Assembly (NCBI RefSeq): GCF_006345805.1
Contig: NC_043003.1
Span: 66,154,001 to 66,218,000, forward strand
Source of the DNA: Octopus sinensis
Taxonomy: Eukaryota
DNA: 64,000 nucleotides
Reading direction: 5' to 3'
This document shows, one piece after another, positions 12,586 to 25,181 of the stretch. Within the stretch, counting starts at the first letter, position 1. Every line of letters starts with the position of its first letter. A model generated the notes under the pieces. The model had not been told where the DNA came from, searched no databases, and saw only the letters and a list, made by a program, of their open reading frames with translations. Made by a program: the position numbers and the translations under genes.

Positions 12586-13117
12586 TGGTACAAGGGGATC
12601 TGATATACAATGCGGTGGTGCAATATGAAGAATATTTGGCCGCTGTTTATAGCACTTTGAGCTGCCGTTTAGTGACTTACTGAACGGATTTATATTTCTG
12701 TTTCCAGTAATTAATTTATACAAAGCATAATTACGCATTGCTATAAGGAAATTTAGTGGAGATCCACTCGTTAGCATTGGCATTCATTAAATTCTTTTGG
12801 GATGGATTTTATAAGTATTTACTAATTGCAAACTTAACATAGTTTAAACATGAGAAATATGATTCCCCGCCCGTTAAAACCTAGTCCTACAACCTCCCTC
12901 ATCAGATTGCTACCCCTTATTCCCTTATTTTATGGATAAATTATTCAGGGAAATATTTTAAAATGGCGTCTTGGATTTGGTAAGGACAAAAATTGTTAGG
13001 GTTTGTAATAAAATGTTTGACGGAGAAACTACATACACACTATGCAACTAATGAATTGGCTGTAAAGTTAAAATGAAATTATAAAATATTTTTATATTCA
13101 TATCTGTGTATATATGC

Positions 13118-13192
<75 letters not shown>

Positions 13193-13332
13193 GTAGATAT
13201 ATATATATACATATATACATATATATATGCACACATATATATGTGTGTGTGTATTTATATATACATATATATGTGTGTATTTATATATGCATATATATGT
13301 GTGTATGTATGCATATATATGTTTATATATAC

Positions 13333-13367
<35 letters not shown>

Positions 13368-14844
13368 CAACATGTGTCTGTGTGTAAGTATGTATGTATA
13401 TGTATGTATACTTTCTTACCATTACACTCGAGAGTGGTATATCTGTCCAAGAAAAGAGACGTACATTTTCTACGAATTGTGGCACAATGAAGTAAACTCG
13501 TGGCTTTTCCAAGAAGAAAAAATATATATATAAAAGAAAGAGGGAAATTGTAAATACCATATGATGATTAATTAGGATATGAGATTTGAGAAAATGAAAG
13601 GGGTGTAAAATCTAATTTGATTAGTACGAGACATGGTAGGAACATGTCGCGTTTTTGCCTGGAGCAAAAATGTTTTTACCTAATGAGAACAAAAGTGTGA
13701 CATGATGAGAACAGATGTCTTGAGGCTATAACCATTTTCACACATTTCTCTTCGAAACGGCCTTTTTTCGGACAGCTGCATCATTTGACTCTGTCGTCGG
13801 CCATTATTGGTAGTTGACAGTGGTGGTGAGAAGCAAGAGAGGGGAGGCGGAACATAACCACGTACAGAGCTTTATCGCAGCATATTTCTAGGTGGACTAA
13901 AAGCATTTTTATGTTGCGTTGTTTGTTAGTTTTGTAACTTTTCTTTTTGTATCGAATTCTAATAAGAAAGCAAAAATAAAATAAAATACCAAAAATAGGA
14001 ATAGAATGAAAATAACAAAAACTGATCTAAATGGGTGGAAACCGAATATAATATAATATAATATAATATAATATAATATAATATAATATAATATATATAA
14101 TTTCTATAAGCATACCACTGTGATAACGTATCCATCTTCCATTGGTATCAATTCGCATTCAAGAAAAATTGTAAATAAAAATAAAAATATAAATCTAGTT
14201 TTACAGTCTTCGGTATTCTGCAGAGCAGGAATTTTTTTTTTTCAATATGTATGAATAAGGAAAATGGTCAAAGGAGAAATAATTGAAATTTAAATTGGAA
14301 TTGACACGAAGAATTATGATAATTATAATCAACCAAGAATATATTTGCTAAAATTTCTACATATCAGACATTCTTGCGTATGTTTCATTCAACATAAAAT
14401 TGTGCATAAGTGTGTGTCTCTGAGAGCGCCTGTGCTGGTGTGTGATGTGTGTGTGTGTGTGCATGAAAATATGTGTGCGCACGCTTGTATGTGTTTGTGT
14501 GTGTATAAGTGTTGTTGCGTGTGTGTGATTGTATCAATGCAAATATGCATACGTACCCTTCAGATATTGCAGAAGTATATGCACGCATCATTTTCAACAA
14601 TTTATGTATGCAAGCCTATATATCATGTGTGTGTTTTTACGTCATTTTCAGGAAAAATAGGGAAGATACTGCAAGTGAATTCAAATGCTTAGCGTGAAAC
14701 AACGTTACACAAAAGCGTATGAATGCATTTTGCATACATACACAACCTTGCACGTCTACGAATGCATACGTATATTATTAATTGTTTGTGTATATGTATA
14801 TATATATGTGTGTGTGTGTGAGTATGTACCTATATATATATATA

Positions 14845-14885
<41 letters not shown>

Positions 14886-15009
14886 TATATATTTAGGGGA
14901 AAATGTAATTCCAATCTTTACATTACTTTAAGCACTAAATAAGATATATTACGAAATTTCGAATGCTATTTACGTATGTATGTATATATGTATATATATA
15001 ATATATATA

Positions 15010-15058
<49 letters not shown>

Positions 15059-15184
15059 TAGAATAAATATCGAAGAATAGAGCTAGTGCTATCGTTTGCA
15101 TTACATAATTTACAATCGTTTCAGCAATTCATATTTTGAAGACAGGCTTCGCAAAGTAATCCCCTGGTTTATATATTCCGACTT

Positions 15185-15575
15185 ACCTGATGGACTCCTC
15201 CGTTGAATACGGCGTATAAGCTTTAGATCTTTTGCCGAATGAACTACACAAACGAATTGTTTATATCTATACCAGATGTATGTGATCTACATTAGCTGAC
15301 TCCCTTCATAAATCGACGTTGCATGAACAGGTGAACCGTGTTTGAGGCATCAGCTGTCGAAAGGCTCACATCACAAAAATTCACAACACGCTTTCTTTTT
15401 TCCCTCAAGAAGCCCTCTTCTATATAACATTGTCCGAAAACGATCCCATCACTTTCGAATGAAAACTGAGAAACTTTTTTAATGGTACTAGATGATCCCC
15501 CTACACCTGTGTACGTCGCAATCAACAACAGCTCCCTACTTGAATATGCAAGGATAGCAAGGAAGTTCATTTCAA
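15185..15575 (+). pseudogene. CR1/L2-type LINE 3' relic (same family as 4335)
   Basis: FFSSRSPLLYNI...DPITF...DDPPTPVYVAINNSSLLEY with frameshifts. Confidence 0.5.
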
Positions 15576-15661
15576 AATGACATAACAAACCCTATCTGGT
15601 GGTGTTATTAAGTTAGATATGGCATGGGCCAGTCGTTGGCAGAAACATATCTAAGTTGATA

Positions 15662-15699
<38 letters not shown>

Positions 15700-15926
15700 A
15701 TATATATATATATATAATATATATATATATAGATATATATATATATACATATATAAATATACATTATTTACATTATTACATTTGACGGATATTTCTCCTC
15801 ATCTTGTTTGTTCTAACAGAAGTGTCGCTCATATACCCTCCAGCTCATTCAGGAGTGTCATGGGAAAATTCAAAACTGGGTTCTCATTCTTAAAGTATTT
15901 TTCGATGTTATAATAATTATTATTAC

Positions 15927-16026
<100 letters not shown>

Positions 16027-16894
16027 TTTAGCATCTTTATTATTCAGTCACTTCTTGGAATCTTGGGGTTAGTAGCCCGTACTCTTAATCTCTACACCAT
16101 ATACCCATGAGCATATATATATATATATATATAGTCAATCCAGGAAAACACAGAGAGAGAATGGAAAAAAACAAGGAAACGTTTTGGACGTCGCACAAGC
16201 AACGTAAGACGCACAGAGAAGGGGGGGAGTTATGTTTCGAGCATAGTTCTCACCTGCGAGAGAGGGAGAGAGAGAGGGGGAAAGAAGGAGAGACAGGGAC
16301 GGAGAGAAGAAAGAAAAGAGAGAAAAAGAGAGTGAGATGAGTAGATAGATATTAAATCATAATATTGACACAATGTCACACATATTAGTGGGTAGGGTAT
16401 TCATTCAATTTGGCTCATTTCATAACTGTTATTGCGTTCTATCAATCACAGAAAACGAAGCAACTTTGAAATCTGTTGGATTTCAAATCAGAAGGAAAGT
16501 CTCTAAGTAATGGACGTGCTTAGGCAATTACAACCCCCACCGCACCCCAGTGAGCAATGTGTACATATTTTGAGGATGAAAGACAAAGTCGACCTCTACG
16601 GAATTTAAAATTAAGTACGTAAAATGACGAAAGAAAAGCGACTATGCATTTTTTCGGATATATGTTAACGATTCTGCCATTATACATAATATTACAACTA
16701 CACAACAATTTTTTTGACAATATTTATCTTCTTATTTGTAAAAGAGACGCATGTATATAATACTTGTAAAATTAAATTGCATCTACGTATCAAGAGCAAT
16801 ATTGCAGTGTAACAATGTACATGTATATCTGTCTGTCTGTCTGTTCGTCTCCCTCTCTTGATATATATATATATATAATATATATTATAATATA

Positions 16895-16940
<46 letters not shown>

Positions 16941-16969
16941 GCATGTGTATCTATCTATCTATCATCTAT

Positions 16970-17010
<41 letters not shown>

Positions 17011-17017
17011 ATATATC

Positions 17018-17053
<36 letters not shown>

Positions 17054-17155
17054 ATACATAGATATATAACCACACATGTATATAGATACATATACATGTG
17101 TGTATACATACATATGTATATATAGAAATAGATAGATACATATATATATATATAT

Positions 17156-17298
<143 letters not shown>

Positions 17299-17553
17299 GT
17301 AGACTGCACAAGCATGTGCTTTTAAGCTTGTTTTAGTATGAATGCGGTTGCATTTTTCGCTTTCAGAATGTGATTTTCTACGTGTGTCTTCGTAAGCAAG
17401 GGTGTGAGGCTGTATGGAGAATTGACCCTTTCCATTATAGGTTGAATGGCTACTTTGGTCGCCCCTTTTCCAATTAGTCTTATTCTTCACTAGACTCTTC
17501 AGCTTCCGGTTATCTCTGCATTCTTTATCACTCTCCATTCGACCTACAGTTGC

Positions 17554-17596
<43 letters not shown>

Positions 17597-17784
17597 CTTT
17601 CTTTCTCCATTCCTTATTTTCATTCCTTCATCTATTTGAGCGACGAAGGACCTTAAGCGGATCAATTCCTTAAATAAGAGAACAGTAATGATGTCGATAA
17701 TGAAGCCGCTGACAGAAAGAGATAAATATGGAGGGAAGATAGAGGGTAAGAGGGAAAGTGTGAGTGATGTGATTTAAAGACGTG

Positions 17785-17824
<40 letters not shown>

Positions 17825-18663
17825 TAATAAATGAAACGAAAGTGTGTGGAAGGGTACGACTTGTTTCATTCCAATTCACGTCTTCTTTTTATCTTTTCGG
17901 CTCGTTTTGCGTGTCAAGTGGAATGTTGCGATCTTATTAAATCCTATTTCTAGAAAGTTCCTTTTTCCTCATTACAATATGTCTCCCTGTCACAAAGAAT
18001 GGCATTCATGATATATGTGTCATACATTATTTGCTGAGGCCCAAGAGGAACCACTTATTGCGATGATATAGAATAGTTCTTAAATATTTCCCATTTAGTC
18101 ATTTACCTACTGGACTAAGCGAATTATCCAGATAACGGAAGTAGGCCTTCCCTCCTCCTATTGGCTCCCTTGCACCAAAAGACCATCGCCTTTCTTTAAC
18201 GGCTCCTTTGATAAACTCTTCGAGAAATAATGACTTTTAAATTCACGATTTCAGAGTCTTTAATTAAACACACAGACCGCCAGTGCAAGCATAATTCGAA
18301 GTCACTACATTTGCACTAGTGTCCGGTTCTAACATTAATATTGGTATTGTGAAACTAGTTAAGCGAAGAGTCTTTTTGTTGATATTGATTTCATAAATTA
18401 TGTTTATTATAATTATGACTCTAAATGCTGGTTGTCATGTATTACTCATATGTACGGTATATATATATATGCACCCCCCCCCCACATATATATATACATA
18501 TGTACGATGGGCTTCTTTCAGTTTCCGTCTACCAAATCCACTCACAGGCATTGTCGGGCCCGGGGCTATAGCAGAAGACACTTGCCCCAGATGCCACGCA
18601 ATGGGACTGAACCCCGGAACCGGTGTTGGTTAGCAAGCTACTTACCACACAGCCACTCCTGCG

Positions 18664-18761
<98 letters not shown>

Positions 18762-19035
18762 ATATATCTATATTATATATACATACATACATTTATATAT
18801 ATATATATATAATTTGGGAATAATCTCATAGTCCTGCGTCCGCAAGAATTCAAAAAGTATGGAAGCAAGTGAAAGGGGTACACTGAAATGGCCGTGAGGA
18901 GTGGAACATCCAACGTTTGGGATACATTCCTTCGTCAGGGGCAGAGAAAAAAAACAGAAGAGAAGAAAATGTCGGAGTTTATCTTCTCTCAGATTGAAAA
19001 ACTATAACCCTGTCCCCTCTTCCATTTAAGTATAT

Positions 19036-19500
19036 GGAGTGGCTGTGTGGTAAGTAGCTTGCTTACCAAGCACATGGTTCCGCGTTCAGGCCAACTGCGT
19101 GGCACCTTAGGCAAGTGTCTTCTAATATAGCCTCCGGTCGACCAAAGCCTTGTGAGTGGATTTGGTAGACGGAAACTGAAAGAAGCCTGTCGTATAAATG
19201 TATATGTATATAAATATGTGTGTGTGATTGTGTGTTTGTGTTTGTATCTGTCCCACCCAACATCGCTTGACAACCGATGCTGGTGTGTTTACGTCCCAAT
19301 AACTTAGCGGTTCGGCAAAAGCGACCGATAGAATAAGTGTAAGTCTTACAAATGATAAGTCCTGGGGTCGACATACTTGTTTCAGTTTCCGTCTACCAAA
19401 TCCATTCACAAGGCTTTGGTCGGCCCGACGGTACGCAGTGGGACTGAACCCATAAATATGGGGTTGGTAAGCAAGCTACTTAACACGCAACCACGGCTGC
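19036..19500. mobile_element. Two convergent SINE family A copies (+ 19036-19378; - 19378-19500)
   Basis: Plus copy truncated at GGGGTCGA and joined to the reverse complement of a 5' half. Confidence 0.75.
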
Positions 19501-19555
19501 GTCTATACGTATAATAATAATAATAATGATGATGATGTGGATAATAATAATAATG

Positions 19556-19634
<79 letters not shown>

Positions 19635-19635
<1 letters not shown>

Positions 19636-20561
19636 TAGGGATAAATGAAACCTCTGCACGGCAAATATGTGGCCCGCAGCAAACAAGCTGATGTTGACCA
19701 GAAGCAAACCCATCAGTGGCTACGGAGCTCAGGGCTAAAAGCAGAGAGCGAAGGTTTCATCCTGGCTGCTCAAGATCAAAGCCTATTAACCCGGAACTAC
19801 CAGGCCAATGTGATGAAAAATGGAGCAGACCCAAAATGCCGATTCTGCAACGACATGATTGAAACAGTGGACCACCTAATCTCTGGATGTAAAGTCTTAG
19901 CACCAGTGGAGTATAAATTAAGACATGACAGAGTTGGCCAATATCTACACTTGCTAATAAGTCGGCATTACAATATCAAAACTGCCGACAAGTGGTATAA
20001 TCACCACCCTGAGGCTGTAACTGAAGGAGAAAATGTAACGATTCTGTGGGACTTTCCGTACATACAGACCGAACCATCAAGGCCAATAAACCAGATTTGT
20101 TGTGTGATTCAAAACTAAAGTTTGCTTATTGATCGACATGAGCATTCCCTGTGATCATAATATCTCAGCGAAAGAGTTTGACAAGCTCAGAAAATATAAA
20201 GACCTACTCATTGAAATTGAGAAAATGTGGCATCTCAAGGCGGTTACAATACCAGAGATCGTAGGAGCACCAGGAATGATCAAGAAGGGAACCAAAAATT
20301 ATATGAGAATGATCCCTGGCTTACCATCCCTGCAAGAAATGCAAAAGATTGTCTTAACTGGTACATCACACGTATTGAGAAGAGCATTGTCGATGTGAGA
20401 ACTGTTGCTGCTCATGTATTTTAATTTAACTTAAAAAACAAAAAAATGAACGAACTATTGAGTTTGGTTTAATGGCCTACCAATGTATACTATGAGTTTC
20501 TTTGCCCTAGGAGTCGGGAAGACACTCGGCAAGAAATGGAAGCAAATTTGAAAGAAGAAAA
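19635..20561 (+). mobile_element. 5'-truncated R4/Dong-type non-LTR retrotransposon (REL endonuclease end)
   Basis: KPLHGKY...QWL...E...AAQDQSL, CCHC knuckle CRFCNDMIETVDHLISGC, RHDRVG, ILWDFP, (N)KPD...LIDMSIP...K..KY (PD-D/ExK). (TAA)n on both flanks. Confidence 0.88.
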
Positions 20562-21433
20562 AAATAATAATAATGATAATAATAAATGCCCTTGACGCAG
20601 TACCAGGCAGTGGTTCTCGTGGCTTTTGATCTTAACTTGTTATCTTGTACAGTTTTTTGTCTTGGTATAAAAGATGGGCTACAGCAAATATTTTGCTCAA
20701 TACCAAAGATTTGCTTGTCAGTTGTTTGACCTTAACCAGTTGAGCATGTCCTTTGGTGTGTGATGATATATGCATCTCCGATCACGAGCAGACGCAATGA
20801 GGGAGGCATCATAGCCATGAGTTGAGAGAAATTCTGTGGAGTTTGAATAACTCACTTTTGGAAACAGTGATGTTTCGTTCAACATGCTTAAATAACCCTT
20901 ATTCAAGGACAGTTTGGATGGGATGCCACATGTAAGTTCATGGATCCCACATGTAGGTTCATGCGCTCAGTCACCAAACAGATAAATGCTGTCTGTAATT
21001 CCCAGCCAAAGGAAGGTGATGACAACGGCGAAGAAGAAGTAGTAGTAGTAGTAGTAGTAGTAGTTATTTATGAAAGGCATAACCCGTTGTAATGCAGTTT
21101 CACTAACTTCTTAGTGAAAGGAGAAAAAAAAAATGATTTGAAAGATTATGCATGATAGATAATGTCAATGTGATTCATACGCCGGCAGGGAAATGAATGG
21201 TAAAATATTAATTGACTGGTATTGCTCCTTTAACATAAGAAAATATTCAACTGAATTTTTTATTAAGGAATGAAAAGTTAACAGATGTCTAAAATTCATC
21301 TGAAATAGCAAAACCAGTAACGGAAAAGGGGACAACCATCAAGTAGAAATAGATAGGGTGAAATTGCATTCCTCCATCCAATAAATAGATGCATAAGTAT
21401 ACAGATAAATGTAATATATAACTGGATGGAGCA

Positions 21434-22008
21434 AGGTGGCGAGCTGGTAGAAATCTTAGCACGCTGGGCGAGATTCTTAGCAGTATTTCGTCTGCCGCTA
21501 CGTTCTGAGTTCAAATTCCGCCAAGGTCAACATTGCCTTTCATCCTTTCGGAGTCGATAAATTAAGTACCAGTTACACACTGGGGTCGATATAATCGACT
21601 TAATCCTTTTGTTTGTCCCCTCTGTGTGTAGCCCTTTGTGGGCAGTAAAGAAATAGGTATTTCGTCTGTCTTTATGTTCTGAGTTCAAATTCCGTCGAGG
21701 TCGACTTTACCTTTCATCCTTTCGGGATTGATAAATAAAGTACTGGGGTCGATGTAATCGACTTAATCCCTTTGTCTGTCCTTGTTTGTCCCCCAACCCA
21801 CGTTTAGCCCCTCGTGAGCAGTAAAGAAATAAGTATTTCGTCTCTCTTTACGTTCTGAGTTCAAATTCTGCCGAGGTCGACATTGCCTTTCACCTTTTCG
21901 GGGTCGATTAAATAAGTAGCAGTTACGTACTGGGGTTGCTGTAATCGACTAATCCTTTTGTGTGTTCCCTCTATGTTTAGCCCCCTGTGGGCAATACAGA
22001 AATAAATA
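21434..22008 (+). mobile_element. SINE family B: head plus three tandem bodies
   Basis: Units start near 21483, 21657 and 21833, with the same AAAGAAATAG|GTATTTCG junction. Confidence 0.85.
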
Positions 22009-22764
22009 TGCAGATGTTTGGAGTAGAACTCTGCCGCAATGCAGTAATGAGTTACTGAGAAGGAAAAAAAAACGTATTTATGTCACATTTGTTTAATCGA
22101 ATTTAACCGTTAAAAGATTCTGATTGATAATTAGAAGACAGAATAATTGTATTAGAATATCATTAGTAATTTATTTAGCTTTTTTTTTTGTTATCTTACA
22201 CAAACTTAAACATTGATATTGCTCTGCTTTCATCAGTTTTTTTTTTATAGCAGCATCAGCTAGGGACTGCAAGCAAGTTTTGGATCTTTGGTTTTAATTT
22301 GCATAACGGAAACATTTCCTATGATCTCCAATTGAAAAACAAACGAACAATCAACTCCGCAATGAGATTTAATAAAACAGAAAAATACACTTTTTTATAA
22401 ATTCGTTATCCGTCTCTAAACATAAATATTATAACATTAAAAGATTTCGTTTTTTCAAAGCTGAAACTTTAGAGGCAAATAAAAGCCCTATTTTTGCATA
22501 TAAAATTAACAGTCAACGAATTATCAGGGAAACACTCACGAATAGGCACCTCAGTCTTGATGCCTCCTCAGACTACAGCCTCCCTTTGTCTTTCTGACAG
22601 TTATTCTGGTGATATCTTGTGGTGTATTTACGTCCTGTACTACTTTCGTGCTGTTCCACTTGGCACATTCTCTCTTCCCTTCCAATATGTAATATTTTGT
22701 TAAAGGATTTGCAAGTCTATTCCACACCAGACTGACACAAAGCTGTTTTAATAATTTAATTTTG

Positions 22765-23215
22765 CAAGGCAGAAACGTTAGCACGCCGGGCAAACGGTAT
22801 TTCGCCTGTCTTTATGTTCTGAGTTCAAATTCAGCCGAGGTCGACTTAGCCTTCCATCCTTTCGTGGTCAATGAAATAATTACCAGTTACGCACTGGGGT
22901 CGACGTAATCGACTAGGCCCCCACAGCTCCCCTACCCACCCAAAAAGTTTCAAGTTCTTGTGCGTAGAGTAGACATACATGATTATTATCATTATTAAAA
23001 AGGTGAGCTGACAGAATCGTTAACTTGCCGGACACAATGCTTAACGGTATTTCGTCTGTCCTTACGTTCTCAGTTCAAATTTCGGCAAAGTCGACTTTGT
23101 CTTACAGCCTTTCAGGGTCGATAAAGAAGTACAATAAACTGAATAATGGAGTCGATGTAATCGACTGTCCCCCTCCTCCAAAATTTCAGGCATTGTGCCT
23201 ATAATAGAAAGACGT
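22765..23215 (+). mobile_element. Two adjacent SINE family B monomers
   Basis: Two head/B-box/body units (~22765-22975 and ~23000-23215). Confidence 0.75.
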
Positions 23216-23773
23216 TATTATCGTTATTATTCTATTTTGCTCTATTGTTTCCATCCTCACTGAATTTATAGTTCATCTATTTTTCATATTTTACTATTTT
23301 ATGATTCTATACCTGACTGAGTTATTGTTTCAACCGAAGTTTTTCCAATTTCAATCAATTTTGAATTTCGTTTCATTTCTTCCAACACAGCATTTCCGTT
23401 TCTTTAAGAAGATCGTTGTATACTCATATTAAATGCAAATGCAAATTTATGAATTCTTTTACATTTTCTTTTTCCCTGTATTGCGTCATCGTATTTCTTG
23501 CAAGAAATGAATGCCAATAGCAGAGAAACTAAATTTGAGAGGCACTTTATGACAGCACTTTCTCTCCGCGTATTTCGTTCATATAGTGCTGTGATCGAAT
23601 CGGATAATTGATGCAACGCTCTATGGGGTTTTTACTGCATCTTTGTTGCATTATTTTCATGCATGCACGTCATATTTAAAAGAAGTAAAAGCGTTCGTAG
23701 TCAGAAACTCTAATATAATGCTTAAATGCAGAAAGTTCTATAAATATTTGCGATTGAAATATTGTCGATTTGA

Positions 23774-23821
23774 CCGGAAGTCTCCCGACGCGTTGATTTT
23801 TCCATAAAATAGATGGCTGCC
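23774..23821 (+). promoter_or_regulatory. Candidate promoter (ETS CCGGAAGT + YY1-type AGATGGCTGCC)
   Basis: Two promoter-enriched motifs within 50 bp of non-repetitive sequence; a possible donor AA|GTGAGT lies ~145 bp downstream. Confidence 0.3.
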
Positions 23822-25062
23822 TTATCTTAACTCGATTCAATTATGTCCAGAGTCGCTCGTAAAATAAGAATGCGTATTTCGTCATTCTTAGCTTAATGCA
23901 ATTCTTTCGCTGGATACATTTTACGGAACATAGACCGGCCACAAAAGTCACCGGTATGCCTTTAAGTGAGTAACTGAAAACTTTCAGCTGTCGAGAATTT
24001 AAGTGGAATTTGTCTTTCAAATAAAGAGTCGTGAGTTCGTTTCAGGTCGGATCGGTGGACTGTGTTATTCAGGCTACCTATAATTGTTTATTATTTTAAC
24101 TGCTTGTGAAGCAATTAATATAGGAGCGGAGTATGTAATATATACACACTGAGAAACCGAAGAGACACTGAGGAGTAATTATAAAGTTTAGATTAGATGA
24201 GTAATTATCAAATTAGATGAGTAATTACCGAATATTTCCTCAACAGAACACGTAAGACAATGATAAATGTGGTCTAAGAATAAATATAATTTGGTGACAA
24301 ATTGCACGATACGTTTATAGCCTTACAAGCACATACATACGCCTATGCACTTGTACACACACGTAAACATTTCTTCATAGACACAAAATCACTTATGGCA
24401 AGTCATTGTTGCCGCCCTTGCCACTCACGACTCAAGGAAAATTTCTCTACTGGTCATTTCAGCATGCCTTGACCGTTTAATTCATTCATGTATTTTTATC
24501 GCCATCTTTTTTTATCGTCTCCTGTATACTTTCTGTAGAAAAGTGTAGGGGCAAAGCGTTAAAAACTACTTCCATTTATACTGAGCTTTAAACTAACATA
24601 ACCTGTTGTTCTTTAACTTTGTTGTAGACTACACACAAACTACTTACTTTTGATTCGGCACAAACTTAGGATTATGAAGAACTCAAGTAATTGTCGTCTC
24701 TCCCACCCTACCCCTCTCTGTACGCACACACATAGACACACATACACACGCACATACACAGAGAAATCTGACTCATCATGTAACATGCAGTTGCCAACAC
24801 TGTTGAAAAGTCCATTACAAGTTATGTCAATCTGACAGTACCTCCATAATTCATGGTGTCGACCAGATTCGTCGCATTATTATATATACTCTCTTCGATT
24901 TCTATAATATAAAGAAAGATAAATGGCAACTTGCAGAAGTGACTTCTATTATAACGCCGAACGGATCAAACCTTGAGAGCAGATTTGCTATACGGAAATT
25001 GAAAGAAGATGTCATATATATATAATTATATATATATATATATATATATAGATAGATAGATA

Positions 25063-25112
<50 letters not shown>

Positions 25113-25132
25113 TGATAGATAGATATATAGAT

Positions 25133-25163
<31 letters not shown>

Positions 25164-25181
25164 TGATAGATAAATAGATAT

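Noticed and set aside
15292-15588. 98-aa minus ORF as a host exon
   Set aside because: It is the antisense reading of the CR1/L2-type LINE relic.
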